A stretch of DNA of 62,867 nucleotides, filler included, from Welwitschia mirabilis (Eukaryota): assembly GCA_051453625.1 (NCBI GenBank). It is 3 parts of one record of this genome, joined end to end, with 100 filler letters (N's around TTAATTAATTAA, not from the genome) between each part and the next. Parts side by side here need not be neighbours in the genome. Positions count along the whole stretch, not along the records: positions 40,751 to 62,867 come from JBOZIK010000001.1; 2 more parts are not named here. One strand, written 5' to 3'. The position numbers and the translations under genes are program-made. The notes under the pieces are model-generated. The model saw nothing but the letters and a program-made list of their open reading frames with translations, was not told where the DNA came from and did not search any database. This document shows, one piece after another, positions 42,665 through 55,374 of the stretch. Each line of letters starts with the position of its first letter. The first letter of the stretch is position 1.

Positions 42665-42821
42665 TCATGATGTCCTACCACAAGTGCACTAGGACAAATA
42701 TACCCAAGAGAGGCATTTGGCAGTATGATATGGTAGCTATGAGAACTCCACTAGGGGGTCAGTTGGCCATGATATGCGAGTTCTTACTCCTCTAATAGTG
42801 GTTGCACTCCCCTCATCATGA
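42665..42821 (+). ncRNA. Putative structured cis-RNA module in the retrotransposon 3' UTR (copy in B)
   Basis: Nested complementary segments TCATGATG/CATCATGA, AGTGCA/TGCACT, CACTA/TAGTG, AGAGG/CCTCT, ATGG/CCAT, CTCC-acta-GGGG. Homologs at 6557-7250(-), 19109-19253(-), 31399-31488, 32449-32604, 59454-59610. Confidence 0.45.
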
Positions 42822-43978
42822 TAAGAATAAAATTATAGTTAGAGGCTACGAGATCAGTGGTATCCTGGTGTCATCAGGGGCATTGCTTATTTTCTAGACT
42901 CATTTTTTTTATTTTGTTTATAGTACTTTACTTTTCTAGATTCTAGTGTTGTCTTAAGATGATAGCTTGTAAGTTCTTGTTTTAATGATTTTTTATCTTA
43001 TCATTCATTGTTTGATTACATTAGCATACTTAACATTGTCATAATCATTTTCCTATTAAGTGGAAGTTTATGAATTTATACATTATTTCATGCATCATTA
43101 CTCAGGTGATTTTATGCTTATTTCTATGGGAATTTGTTAAGTTAGCATTTAGGGTAATATAACAATTTTCTTCATATTCCTATTATTTATTTTTATTTTG
43201 TTTTCTTTTGTTATTTTACTGAAACCTTTTGAGCTATTTCCTTATACTTTTTTGTATGGACTTAATGATGTGGTAATTTTTTCCTATGCCATCCTCCACT
43301 TCTCCATCATTTTTTTTTTACCTTTCTATCTCTTGACTTTGTTTTGGTTTTTCAATCAGGGGTTTTAAAGCCTATTGTCCATCACAGTCATCCCCATGAT
43401 AAAGGGGATGACACTCCCTTTTTCCTTTTAGGTGCAATCTAGGATGACTCACTTCTCCNNNNNNNNNNNNNNNNNNNNNNATAAGTAGCACACATTTCTC
43501 TATCTATCAATTTTTCATGATTTAATCTTTTTTGCCAAGTTGTTCTGAATAAAAGTTTTAAGCATTCATCCACTTTTAACATGTAGAGCCAACAACATTT
43601 GCACATTTTTTTTTTCTGATCATTAGAATTATGATATATTTTATATTGTTCCTTGCCTCATTAATAATTCTATTATGAGCTAATCAATATAAAAACTTTT
43701 TAAGCTATTATGCTAGTCCATTATTATTGTTCTTTATTATGCATACACAAGTTCACTTTTATGAATCATACTGTCACTTTATGAATTTTATTTGTGTTGC
43801 ATTCATTACGTAGTGACATGTTTAAGTAGGGGGCTTCTAAATTTTTTCAAAATTTGTAGTTGCCTAATTGATGATATCATAGACTCAATTTATTATTGGT
43901 TTGCAGTACTTTCAAATTAGCTCGCAATCTAGTGATCGCTTACTTTATCAGGAACTGACAAGGCTAAGTAGAGGGCTA

Positions 43979-45311
43979 TGTTGCGATGCCAATTTATGAG
44001 AATTTGATGGTGTGTTTTGAGTATTTCTATAGGGCATTTATATAGGTTTTGATGTAATACTAATGATTATAAAGGATTGATAGGATTATTAGCAAAACAT
44101 GTGGTATCTAGTACTTTTGGTAGTTTCTTGGGTTTATTCTAATATTGCAGGATAGGAGAAGAATAGAATAATGAAAATACTAATTTCACCTTGGAAAAAG
44201 AGGAAAAGAAAACTATCGTCCCATTTATCATGTGGAAAACACTTAAGACAACTGAACTACTTACATGGACAAAAGCCTATAGTGCCAGCCATAGCATCTA
44301 ACACACACATTGAGAATGTATCATCTGCATATTTGTCTAAATGACATTGAAGATAACACAATAGGACTAACGACAGCATAGGTTACATAATCCAAGGCAC
44401 AGGGAACATAATCCAATTACTAAGATGGCATCGTCTCCTCTGTCGTGTGGACAACGCATAAGACGACAACTATCTTTGCCTTACAATGAGTGCAAACAGG
44501 CCACAAGAGTCATTAGGGTTTTCTTTTCCCGGCTTGAGGATTTGGCCACCCATTTCTTCTCTCTGAAATCTATAAATACCCCTCTCCTCTTTCATTTCCA
44601 TTTTCCATCTTTTTTCTTCATACTCGTGATGGAAGCTTAAAGGCAAGAGGTCTATCCCATATTGCAGAAAGGAGTGCCCTTGGTGTCAGGCTATGTCCCT
44701 CATATTAAGATGCTATTATTCTAGTTTTGTAAGTGGATGTTATGATTAAGTAATACAATTTCATTTCTTCTCATTAATGTGTATCTCCTTTATTATTCAA
44801 GTTGATCTTAGTGTAGCACTCTTAGTTTTACTTAGATATTAAGGGCAATCTTCATTAAGGTTGATCTCATTTAAAAATAGATTTGCATTATTGTTTCTTT
44901 TTCCATATTGCATTCAAGTCGTATTTTGCGTAGATCTCATAATTTATATTGATTAGGAACTAGTAAGTGCTCTTTTTCTTTGATATAAGTTATAGAGAAG
45001 TAGTCTTATGATAGGAAGACTAAAGTCTATGTAAGATACACTTTCATTGTATTTCCATTGCCATTTCCATAGCACTTATATTTTCATAGCATTCCATTAC
45101 TTGTATTATTGTTATTTATCTTTTCTATAAAGATAAAAGAACAATAGAAAATAGTAGTGAAAATCATTTCTCTAACTCCAAGCCTAGTTCCTTCATTGGA
45201 TTATGACATTTAGATGAACTCTCGTCTATACTAGAGTGCCATTTTTATGATTTATGTGAATCACAGGTTTATCTCAAGGACTTCCAGATCGTAATAATTT
45301 ACATTGCAATA
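43979..45311 (+). repeat. 3' LTR of element B
   Basis: Follows the PPT; colinear with 33289-34621; followed by the TSD. Confidence 0.93.
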
Positions 45312-45654
45312 CTACACTAAACTTTATACTTAATTCATTAAATAAAATCCATTGTCCACCTTCTTATTTCCATCTAATTTGTTTGCTTTATTAGCCAATA
45401 TAGGACATATTATTTTATTATTAGAGGTAGGACTTATTTTCATAATTTTTTGGATTATTTTAGCTCTTTTATAAGACATAATTTTTGCAAATTTCACTTC
45501 TTACACATAATGCATTAGATGTTATTTTAGTATGTGATATGTTTGAAATTATTTATGAGCCTACTCTATAATTTTAAAATTAATTTTTTTTAAAGATAAT
45601 TTGACTCACAATTATAGTTGTTTACGTAGTTAATAAAGGATAAGTGAAGGGCTA

Positions 45655-46878
45655 TGATGTACTTCCAAATTGTATATATTTGATAGGGTATTATGAGTGA
45701 TTTTGTATGACATTTACACAAGTTTAAATGCAATTTTGAGGATTATGAAGAGCTGAAGGATGATCACTAAAATACATAATTCTTAGCATATTCATCGGCT
45801 TTTTAGGCACTTTCTAATGCCTAGTGATTTGGAGAAAGATCAATGATGCAAAAGGTAGACTTCCCTTAGATTAGAAAGATAAGGAGGATTATCATCTCCT
45901 ATGTCATTCCCATGATAGGTAGAACGACAACCCCTTACAAGCTAAATTATATGTTGACATGGACTAGATCTATAATCAATGGAGATCACTTTGGTAAAGT
46001 ATCATCCCCATGTCATCTCCATGACATAAAGGATGATAAATCATAACACATGTATCATCATACCCTTTTTCATTCTCATGATAATTAGGATGACACTCGA
46101 ATCAGCTAACTGACCTTTATTCATTTCTTTACTTGATTTGAGCATGTTTTTTCAGCATATTTTATGTGATGGATTTGCCTTATTTTCCTTATAAAAAAAA
46201 CCCCTCCTACAACTTTCATATTCATCCTCAATGCACTAGACATTCTTGTAATACAATATCAAAGGACTAGAGATCCATCTTATGAGCTGTAGAAAGATAT
46301 TTCCTTGGTAAAGATTTGTGCATTCTCCTTAAGGCTTGCTATTTTGTAACCCAGATGCTAGTTTGATTTTTAATATAAAACTCTATTTCATTTATGCATT
46401 CCGTCTATTAATTTCCCTTATGATTTATGTTGTTATTGATTTAGTAATAGTCTCATTAATAATACAGGTCTTAAGGTCAACCTTCATTAAGATTGACAAA
46501 AGTAGTTTAGAATCATTTTGCATTACATTTATTTAACTCAATTGATATTCTAAATTAATCTCAGTTAGTGATAGTTTCCTTGGTAGATTTAGATTATACA
46601 AGGCTGATCTTCCTAATAAGTCAATTTAGTACTCAGATAGGTGTTTATTTAGGTTAGTGCATTTTCATTTTATTGCATGTTTACTTTTTTGCATTGTTCT
46701 TAAGTTAGCATATAATATTTTTTCTAAAACCCAATTCTCATTCTCTCACATGCCTTCAATGGGTTTATGACATTGGGTTACTCCCATTTATACTAGAGTA
46801 TCATATTTTGCAATATATCTACTTTGATTAATAAGATCCATTGAAACATCAAATATTGCAAAACTACGTTCTACAACA
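45655..46878 (+). repeat. 3' LTR of element C
   Basis: tgatgt...tacaaca termini; follows the PPT; colinear with 23874-25094. Confidence 0.88.
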
Positions 46879-46883
46879 TGAAT

Positions 46884-48400
46884 CATTCTAGTTTTATGAA
46901 CTTAATATGCTTGCTTGACAATTTGAATTATTTGGTTGGAAGTTTGAGTTATTTATTTAAAACTTAGCATTCTTAAATCTATTTTTAAATGGTTGGAAAT
47001 TAGGATGATTTACTTGAAAGTTCTTAAATTTTTTTTCAAAAGATTAAAAGTTTGGTTGACCATATATCCTACATTAAAATTGGTTTTAATTTTGGATTTG
47101 AATTTTTTTTTTTTTTTTGGTTTTGATTTCTAAAGTTTGAATACCTCTAATTAAATGCACATACCTCTTTATAAATCTTTTCTTTATAGGTTAATAATAA
47201 GGGATAATGTTTTATTATATGATAATTATGTTTAGATAAATCACAAGTTAGAACCACTATTATACTCTTTTTAGTTGTCATCTTTGCATCTAAGATCATT
47301 TGTATGTGTTTTTCTAGTGTTGTAGGAAAATCCTTAAATAACATTCATTAGTTCTTTCTCTCTTTCACTTCTTTTCTTATTTAACTTCTTTAAAGTCTTT
47401 TATAATTTATCCTACTATATGATTTTCTTTAGGGGATGATTTAGGCCACATTTAACTTACTTCTACTAGTTTTTTTGACACTTTCCATGCATTTTCTAAT
47501 GTGAGATTTATCAAATTTTCTCCACATGAAAAGTTTAAATGTTGTTTTATTTGACTATTAAGTTCACTATAAAAGTAATCTCCTAATTATTCTTGAGTAA
47601 AAGCATTTATAGGATCAGAATGTATGGCAATAAAAAAATTTTCATAGATGAAGGCATAATCTTTATTAAGTTATTGTTAGAAGTTAGTTACTTCTTTCTT
47701 TCTTTTTCTTATAGTTGTTTCACTCATAAGTCTTTTTATAAATGCATCTTCAACTTAATTTCATTTTCTTAAACTTTTATCTGAAATAGTTCTTAACCAT
47801 AGTTTAGCTTTTTCTTTTAAATTGATGGGAAAAATAACCATATAAGTACAATTACTAATTTTTTTAAACCATTTCTAGAAGTAAGTACTAATTTTTTGAT
47901 ATCGGGTATATGCTGTAAGGAATTTTTATCATTTTTCCATTAAAAATAATATAGGCAATTAAAATTTTTAACTTAACATTATCACTAGGAGTAGGTTAAA
48001 AGGGGTTTGGATTTCATGTTTCTTATTTGCTATAAGTTCTTTAAGGATGACATTAGCATTTATATTTTTGGAATTAGTTGTAGAGGTTCCGATAACAATA
48101 GGAGGATTAGGCAAAGCAACCTATTTATATTTTTATCATGAATTTAACATTGTAATAAATTGACTTTCTTCTAAACTATCTTTTGAAAAAATTTCTTTTA
48201 AAAAATCAAATTCTGAAATAATAAATACAAAAAAATCTTTTTGTTCAACTCTTCAAATATTTTTCATACTTGGGGTGTGTGTACCTATTAAGTTCAAAGT
48301 TAACCAAATCTTATCAGATGTTTTCTTTAATCAATGGCTTCTCTCTCTTTCTCTCTCTCTCTCTTTCTCTGATATTTTGCCTTTTTACTAGAATTTATCA
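46884..48400 (-). pseudogene. gag N-terminal pseudogene of element D
   Basis: ORF 47147-47344 (KDFPTTLEKH..TCDL..H..LLTYKEKIYKEVCAFN) is paralogous to 36300-36644 and 26502-26786. Confidence 0.88.
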
Positions 48401-48816
48401 TGTCCTAGTATGCTTAGTCCTGTTTCTATATGCGTTATCTCAATGGTCATCTAGATGATATACTTGGATAATAGCAAACACAACAATCTGAAATCGAAAA
48501 ATGTAGCAAACAAATAACATAGAAAGAAAATACATAGTCATCCACTAAGTCATCTGCACAATAGAGGAGATGATAAGAAAAACCTAGTTCTTAAAAAAAA
48601 TGAAAAAAACCTAAGTTAGATAAACCATCATCATCATGCATAATCTAGATGATTAGGGGGATGACAAGTCATTTATTTTGGAACACAAAATGAAAAATGC
48701 AGAAAGAAAAACCTACATTTCTACTATAAGAATATAATGCTACTGCAGACTAATACTTGAATCAAACTCCAAAGCACTTACTTAAACAACGAAAATTCTT
48801 GAACTCTAAGCAGCCT

Positions 48817-48837
48817 TGCCTAGCAAGGATGCCAAGA
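48817..48837 (-). promoter_or_regulatory. Athila-type PBS, element D
   Basis: Minus strand reads ...actactaca|tcttggcatccttgctaggca. Confidence 0.7.
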
Positions 48838-50114
48838 TGTAGTAGTGTGTATTTATGCTTGGAGTTTAAGAATTATTATTAAATAAATCCTGTAAATCAC
48901 AAATATATATATATATATATAATATTTGCATAACATAATACAGTAATATAGATGGGAGTAACCCAAATGTCATAATCTTGTTGAAAGTGCAGACCAGAAG
49001 AAAGAGAATTAATTTTGAAGACAAAAAATTATGTGACCTTAAAGTAGAATAAAATAATAATGTAAAAAATAATAATGCAAACATATTATGCAAATGAAAT
49101 GCAAGTCTTATTCTAAATGTAACTTCTATCTAATTACCAAATCAACCTGTCATAGAGATTGGTTCTATATAACCTAGATTAATCAAGGAATGCCATCACC
49201 AGACCAAGAGTAATCTAAGTTATCAGGTACGTCAAACAGAATATAAAAACAATGTAAAGTTAATTTAGAAAATAAAATGCAATGCACCTAAACCAATAAT
49301 GTCAACCTTAATAAAAGTTACCCTCATGATATATATCGCCAAAGAAGCTATCACTGAATTAGAGGTAATATAAACTATAAGGAAGATGCACAAAATAAAA
49401 TATATAAAAAGAAAAACATAGTTCCAATTAAAAGTGAACCAACATTAGGTTATAAAGCAGCAGCACCTCAATGGAGGATACACAGTCCAACATCAAGAAA
49501 GATATTTCTTTACAAAAACAATGGATGAATTTCCTACCATTTAATATCCTATCATGATAATTTCTAATGCCAAAGAAGATTAAAAATAGAGTCAAGGATG
49601 GGGAAGGTAGTTATTACAAAATAGACTCTAAAATCAGAAAATACAAATAGATGAACTAAACAACCATGCAAGTAGATGCAAGTCACATCGCTAGAGTTTG
49701 GTGAAGTTTGGTGAAGTGATTATTTTAGGTGACATCCTACTTGTCATCCAGACATAATAGGAGATGATGCCAAATCATATGAGTTCCACATCAGCTTCCA
49801 GATTGATTTAGTAAGCATCCTTCTTTACTTAAGTATTTTTATCATCCATACAGTCATCTAGATGATTAGGTGGATGATGAGCTTTTATAAAGTGTTTCTT
49901 GTGTTGCACTAGCCTCTTTGATTAAAAAACTATTACTTTAAATAGAAAGTATTGTAAATTACTTTAAATGTTGTCAAATATAATAAAGATTATATTTTTT
50001 TGTGACATTTGCCTTAGCTCTTCATTATCATCGAAACTTAGCATAAACCTGTCTAGTGTCTTGCAAACATACTCAAAATACCCTCTCAAATACATACAAT
50101 GTGGAAGTGCAAGA
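48838..50114 (-). repeat. 5' LTR of element D
   Basis: Outer end resembles the C LTR start (gcacttccacattgtatgtatttga); colinear with 61351-62606. Confidence 0.85.
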
Positions 50115-51959
50115 GGATGAAAGGGGTGAGTGGTTGGTAGATTTAAGAAGGTGGAGAAAAAATGAAGGGGATGAGAAATAAGATTTAAGGCAATGATGGT
50201 TTATTCAATGGTGTAGATGGAATTTTCATTTTCTACCTAAAAATGTTTAAGGTAGTAATTGTATAAGTGGAACTACTTTGTTGGTTTAAGGCATGAAAGG
50301 GTATTAAACATGAAATTTTTTTAAGATGTTTAGTTTTTTCAAACCAAAATCTATTCTAAAATGAAAATCAACTCTAAAAGAAAAATTTAATCTACAAGCA
50401 TATAGTGAAGCTAAAAAATTTTTTATGGAGTTTCTAAGGTATTGTATACATGAAGGCCCATGATGGTGCACACAAAATTTAGATCATGAATGAAAATTAC
50501 ACAAAGCATTCAAATTTGAGAGATATGGATGAATTCAAAAAAACCAAAAGAACATTAACATTAGTAGTAAAATTAATATGTGTGAAATTAGAAATTTTCC
50601 ATCCCTTATCTTGTTCTTGTTTATTCAACAACTCATGCAAGACATTATTATGGGATAAAGATAAAGATGTTTTGATGATCATGGAAAAAGGCGATTGATC
50701 ATTAAGAGAAGTATTAGAACATGGTTCTAAAAGTATGGAAGGTTTATTTATTAAGGTTTAAGTCTTGCTCAAAAAATAAAGATTCAAATGTTATAATTGG
50801 CTCAAGAGATTGTTGAGAAAAAGATTGCTTATAAGATGGATCATGATAATGCTCTTGGTTAATGTTCTTCTATTCACTAAGATTTTCAAGGGATTCTTTC
50901 TCATGAGGTTTCACAGGTAACAATAGTTAAGGTTTAAAGATAGGTTCATTGTCTAATTCATCAATGTTGCTTATTGGTTTATTCTTTATTGAGTAGCATT
51001 TTAATTTTCCATCTCTCTCGAATTTTTGCTTACTTATTGAAGATTGATCGTCATGGGATGTGTCTAATCCTACTCTAAAATGTAACCTAGATGCACCTCG
51101 TTGTTTACTCTTTAAGGGATTTCTAAACTTAAGATTTTCTTGGCTTTCCTCAAAGGTTTCGTTGTGGGTTACTTCAAAGGTCTCTTCCTCATTCCTAAGG
51201 GATATAGTTCAAGTGTTATTAATTCTAGTGTTATTAATTCCTTAAAATTTTTCTAAGATTCTAGGTTCATGGAATGTAGGGATGTTTTCTTCATCTTGCT
51301 ATTAGTTAAGAGCTCTAAGGATTTTCTCATTGGTTTGAGCTATTTGTTAAAGATTTTTATTAATGTTTGCCTTATTTTTATTAGAGGTTTCTTTCAAAGA
51401 TTAAGAATGGAATTAAAGTGTGTTGGAACAAGATTCAGTAGCATCTTCTAAAATCTTTGGAAGGTATTTTCATAAGACGGTGAGGTGGTTTGTTATGTAT
51501 ATGAAGATGATGGGTAATGATCAAATAATAAAGGGTATAGAAAGGGATATGAAGAGTAGCGATCAAAGATGACTGATATAAAAATAAGGGTAAAAGATAA
51601 GGATTATGAGGGGTGAAGGAAGGCATGGAATCAAAATCTTATAGGTTGATATATGGATTCTGGAATTGATAATTGAAAGAAGGTTGATTCATGTACATAT
51701 GAGGTTGAGAATACTCTTCAAAGTCCTGTCTAGATTGATAGAAATCTTCTATGATTCATTTAGATTGTTCATGATTCTAGTAACTTATTAAGAGAAATAC
51801 AATTATCCTATCTTACAAAGAAGCTCAAATAAAAGAAAATCAAAAGTTAGGAAATCAAGTTGGTGTCTTGGCTTTGATATAGGATATAATGATTAACTTA
51901 GGAAATTTGAAATCAATTTAATGTCTTAGCTTTGATATAGGATATAAAGGTCAACTTGG

Positions 51960-52275
51960 ATGAAAATAAGTTGATACACTTAATTAATTAATTGCATTTA
52001 GGATTGCATTTCATTATTTTATTTTCATTTCATAATTCATTGCATTTCATCCATTATTACATTGTTATTAACTTTTAACTTTGAAATTAAATAACATATT
52101 CATTCTTTCCCTTTTTAATGAATCAATTTCTCAAATAAACATTGGATTCCTCATCAATTTACAACATCGGATTGACTTTCCTATGCTAGTGTATGTTTAT
52201 GTGAATTAGATATCTAAGATTACAAGTTATTATTGAAGAAGATTATTTGATTTAAAAAGCATATGATATACATCA
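51960..52275 (+). repeat. Possible partial Athila-like LTR 3' end
   Basis: ttgcatt-rich tract and 'tttacaacatcggattgactttcctatgctag' resemble 'ttacaacatttgggtgaacttccatctatactag' in the B-family LTR; ends tacatca; no PBS follows. Confidence 0.35.
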
Positions 52276-52639
52276 TAATAGTGCTAAATAGTGAACATTC
52301 ATAACAAAACTATTTTTCAAAATCTTGTATAGATTTTCAAAGAAGTGGGTAGACTTCAAGAAAGGAGAGTTAGTAAAATATTGTTTAATGAAAATGTAAA
52401 AATGCAAAATTAGAGATAGAAAGACAAGGGATGAATAGAAATAAACTGAAATAAATGCTTATCAAATATTAATCTAAGATAAAAAGTGTGCCTTTATAAA
52501 AACTAAACAAGTTTAATTTATTTCAATGATTACAAATGGGCCATAATAATTATTGTAGTTATTTTAAAATTATATGAAAGAGGGGTTTAAGTTTTATTAA
52601 ATAAATTAAATTATTCTTTAAAAATGTTTTTAATTCTAA

Positions 52640-54320
52640 CTAAATATTGAAGTGTGCCATTTTGTTATGTCAACATCTATGTAAATTCTGATGAAGTTGT
52701 AAAAGGTATTTAAGAACTCAGTACTAGTAAAGTAATGGATAGCTTTGATCTTTAAGAAATTCCTATGTATGAAGCAATATAAAAGAAACTAAATAAGAGT
52801 CTTCATGAAGATTTGGATAGAAAATGAAAAACTAGCAAATCTATGAGTCTCTTTAAACACAGTAACATAGAAGATTTGGACTGATTATAGACTTAGTATT
52901 ATCAGTAATATTATCTTTAGTCTTTTGAAAATGGTGTTGGATAAATGAATTTACAAGTGGGCATACAAGAATACAAAGAGAGTAATTTCATATGCAATTT
53001 TTCATCAAATTCATTCTATTATTAACCACTTAGTCACTTTTGTTACTACTTGATATTTACCAATAAGCCTAAAAAGAAGATTTTAATTTAGTTTGTTGAT
53101 TTATTAAAGGCCTATCATTTAGTAATAAGAAGTAAATTATAGCCATGTGTATTTAATATAGGCATGCGTATAAATCTTTTCTTTCTAGCATTTAAAAATT
53201 ATATGAAAAAGTTACCATTGGATTTGAAGATGTTATTTAAAACTGTCTTTTGACTTTTGAGTGAAATTTGACTGAAACAAAGATGTCCTAAGTATCTTAC
53301 CCTATTTTGGATTTTTATTGATGAATTAAATGAAGGAATTCATGGTATTACCATAGATAACTTTATCAAGATAGGTGATTTTTTAGGAAATTTTCTTCTT
53401 TGTCCAAATGATGCCATATTAATCTTTACATCGAAAAGAGGTATGAAAGAGATGCATCATACATTGGATGAATCTTGTAATATTTTATATTTCAGAATAA
53501 ATGTTAATGGAAATAAAATCATGTGTTAATAAGTAGAAGAAAAGATTAAAAGCTTATTCTTGATAATGAATCATTGTAGTTGGGTTTTTAATGCTCCAAA
53601 AATTATAAATGGGATACATGTATGCATGAAAGAATTGTAGATTTTATAGAGGCTCTTTATTCCTTAATCAGAAGATGTAAAACATTAAACATTTAGTGCT
53701 AGTATGGAATTAGGTCTTTTAAATAAATAATGGAAATAAATTGAGGATGTGAAAAATAAATTATTTTGAAAATTCAAGTAAATTTCTCAACGCCACATGA
53801 AATGTTATTATTTAAAACTCATAAGTTAGCTTGAAGATTAAAGTAGTTTGTTTTTTTACTTATGTTTAAAGGCTTTAAAATTTTGAAGGAATTAAATGTC
53901 TAAAGACAATTTTAGATGCATCTGTAAATAAAGGTTGGGTTTTGAAGGAAAAAAATGATTAGATAAATGGAATGTAGAGGTTGCTATTTTTGAACATGAT
54001 GTAAGCTAAATTCAAAAGATACTGTAGTAAAAGGAACTACAAAAAAGCTCATCTGACTTAGATAGAAAGATTAAATCTTACTTTAATATGATTAAAGGAG
54101 GGAACTATATTAAAGAACCTTTTATTTCAATGCTATAATTCTAGTTAAAATTAGAGGAGCAGTCATCATTTTCAAATTAAAATAGACAGATGATAAAATA
54201 TTTAAAGGGAGTAATGAACATGCAGGCTATGTTCAACTAAGGCCATTGAAGATGAAGAACATGTTTTCTTTAGTCCCTTAAACTTCTTTATTAAGAAAAA
54301 ATGGAAGATAATTGTAAATA
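52640..54320 (+). mobile_element. Degenerate LINE reverse transcriptase, RTE/RTEX-like
   Basis: FVDLLKAYHLVIRSKL* at 53092; I*LKQRCPKYLTLFWIFIDEL (compare GVKQGCPLSPTLFG) ~53265-53330; LLCPNDAIL (compare LLYADD) ~53395-53420; IEDEEHVFF (compare VEDExH...CP) ~54245. Confidence 0.8.
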
Positions 54321-55374
54321 ATTTATGTGCTTTGCTTCAATTACCTTCACTCTATCTTGGCCATGATTTTAAGGTTGTATTCAAACTATTTTGACATGTA
54401 ACTTTTTTAGTTCCCTAGATCCTATGGATTTTTATGGACATAATAAAAAATTTCCATTTCTATGTTCATATTCAAAGAAATGTGTGAGTTGGATAATCAA
54501 AGGTAACTAATATGCCATAATATTTTGATATGATTTGAATAATTTATAGAATCTCTAGTTACGTAAGACTGCTAATCATCTATCTTAATCTTTTTCTTTA
54601 TTACACATCAACCACATGTTATTACTATAAAAACATAACGCTAATAGAGTTTCTATAGTCCATGATAAAGGAGATACATTCAACTAAAGTATTATTGCTA
54701 AACATTGTGGTGATTACTAAAAAAAATACTTCAACTTCTTAATGAATTTGAATGCTTTTCATACTTATGTCCTCTGCTTAAATGTTGAGAATGAAACTTT
54801 AGATAAATGTTAATGATTTTAAACACTTTCTACTCCTTTAAACATTTGATTATTACTAGTAAACTTTCAAGTTTAAAATATGGAATTCCATTACATTTAT
54901 AATTCCTTATTTTAAGGGTAATGACGTTAAGTGAAAAACTAATTCTTCGTTTACACTAAAAGAGTTAAAAAAGAAATGTGTTTTTCTTTCAAGAAATAAA
55001 GCTCCTAGAACCAATAGTATGCTGCAAAGATCTATAAGAGGTACTAGAAATCCTTATTTACTAATATAAAAGGATGGCCTTTAATTCTCAATTCTCATGA
55101 TTTTTTAGTCATAAAGGAAAAATTTAGTTAACTATGAAAGGTTATGATGGCATAAATATTAACCAATGGAGGCCAATAACTTTACTAAAGATACCTTAAA
55201 CTAATAAGAACTTTCTACCTTTAAATAGAAGATAATAAAGTGTAAACTAAAAATTGTCTATACCTCTTGTATGAAATACATTTATGATATAAAAAATTTA
55301 TAACTTTGACAATCTAAAACTTGAGCATATAATATCATGCATGTTGGAGGTGGTGTCGAATCCCAAATAAAAAC

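Larger units (their letters stand above)
33289..45311 (+). mobile_element. Element B: Athila-like retrotransposon nested in the 3' UTR of C; contains duplicated LTR/gag, RT lost in a gap
   Basis: LTRs 33289-34621 and 43979-45311 (about 1.33 kb, start TGTTG); TSD ctgca (33284-33288) / ctaca (45312-45316); PBS 34622-34642; PPT aaggctaagtagaggg at ~43960-43975. Confidence 0.92.
23874..46878 (+). mobile_element. Element C: full-length but degenerate Athila-like retrotransposon nested in D and interrupted by B
   Basis: Homologous LTRs 23874-25094 and 45655-46878; TSD tgcat (23869-23873) / tgaat (46879-46883); PBS 25095-25115; PPT-like ggataagtgaaggg before 45655. Confidence 0.88.
16600..50114 (-). 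mobile_element. Element D: degenerate Athila-like retrotransposon, interrupted by element C; 3' LTR not found
   Basis: 5' LTR 48838-50114, PBS 48817-48837, gag 48400-46884 resuming at 23868, PR-RT-RH-IN down to ~19680, 3' module, env-like ORF. Removing C rejoins 'gaatgattca|cttaaaaatccc', homologous to C's own gag at ~26920-26945. Confidence 0.85.

Noticed and set aside
24437-49093. Short hydrophobic ORFs in LTRs/UTRs (24437, 25326, 33791, 44425, 46336, 48270, 48866) and ORFs antisense to gag
   Set aside because: Chance ORFs in T-rich sequence, not conserved in frame between LTR copies.
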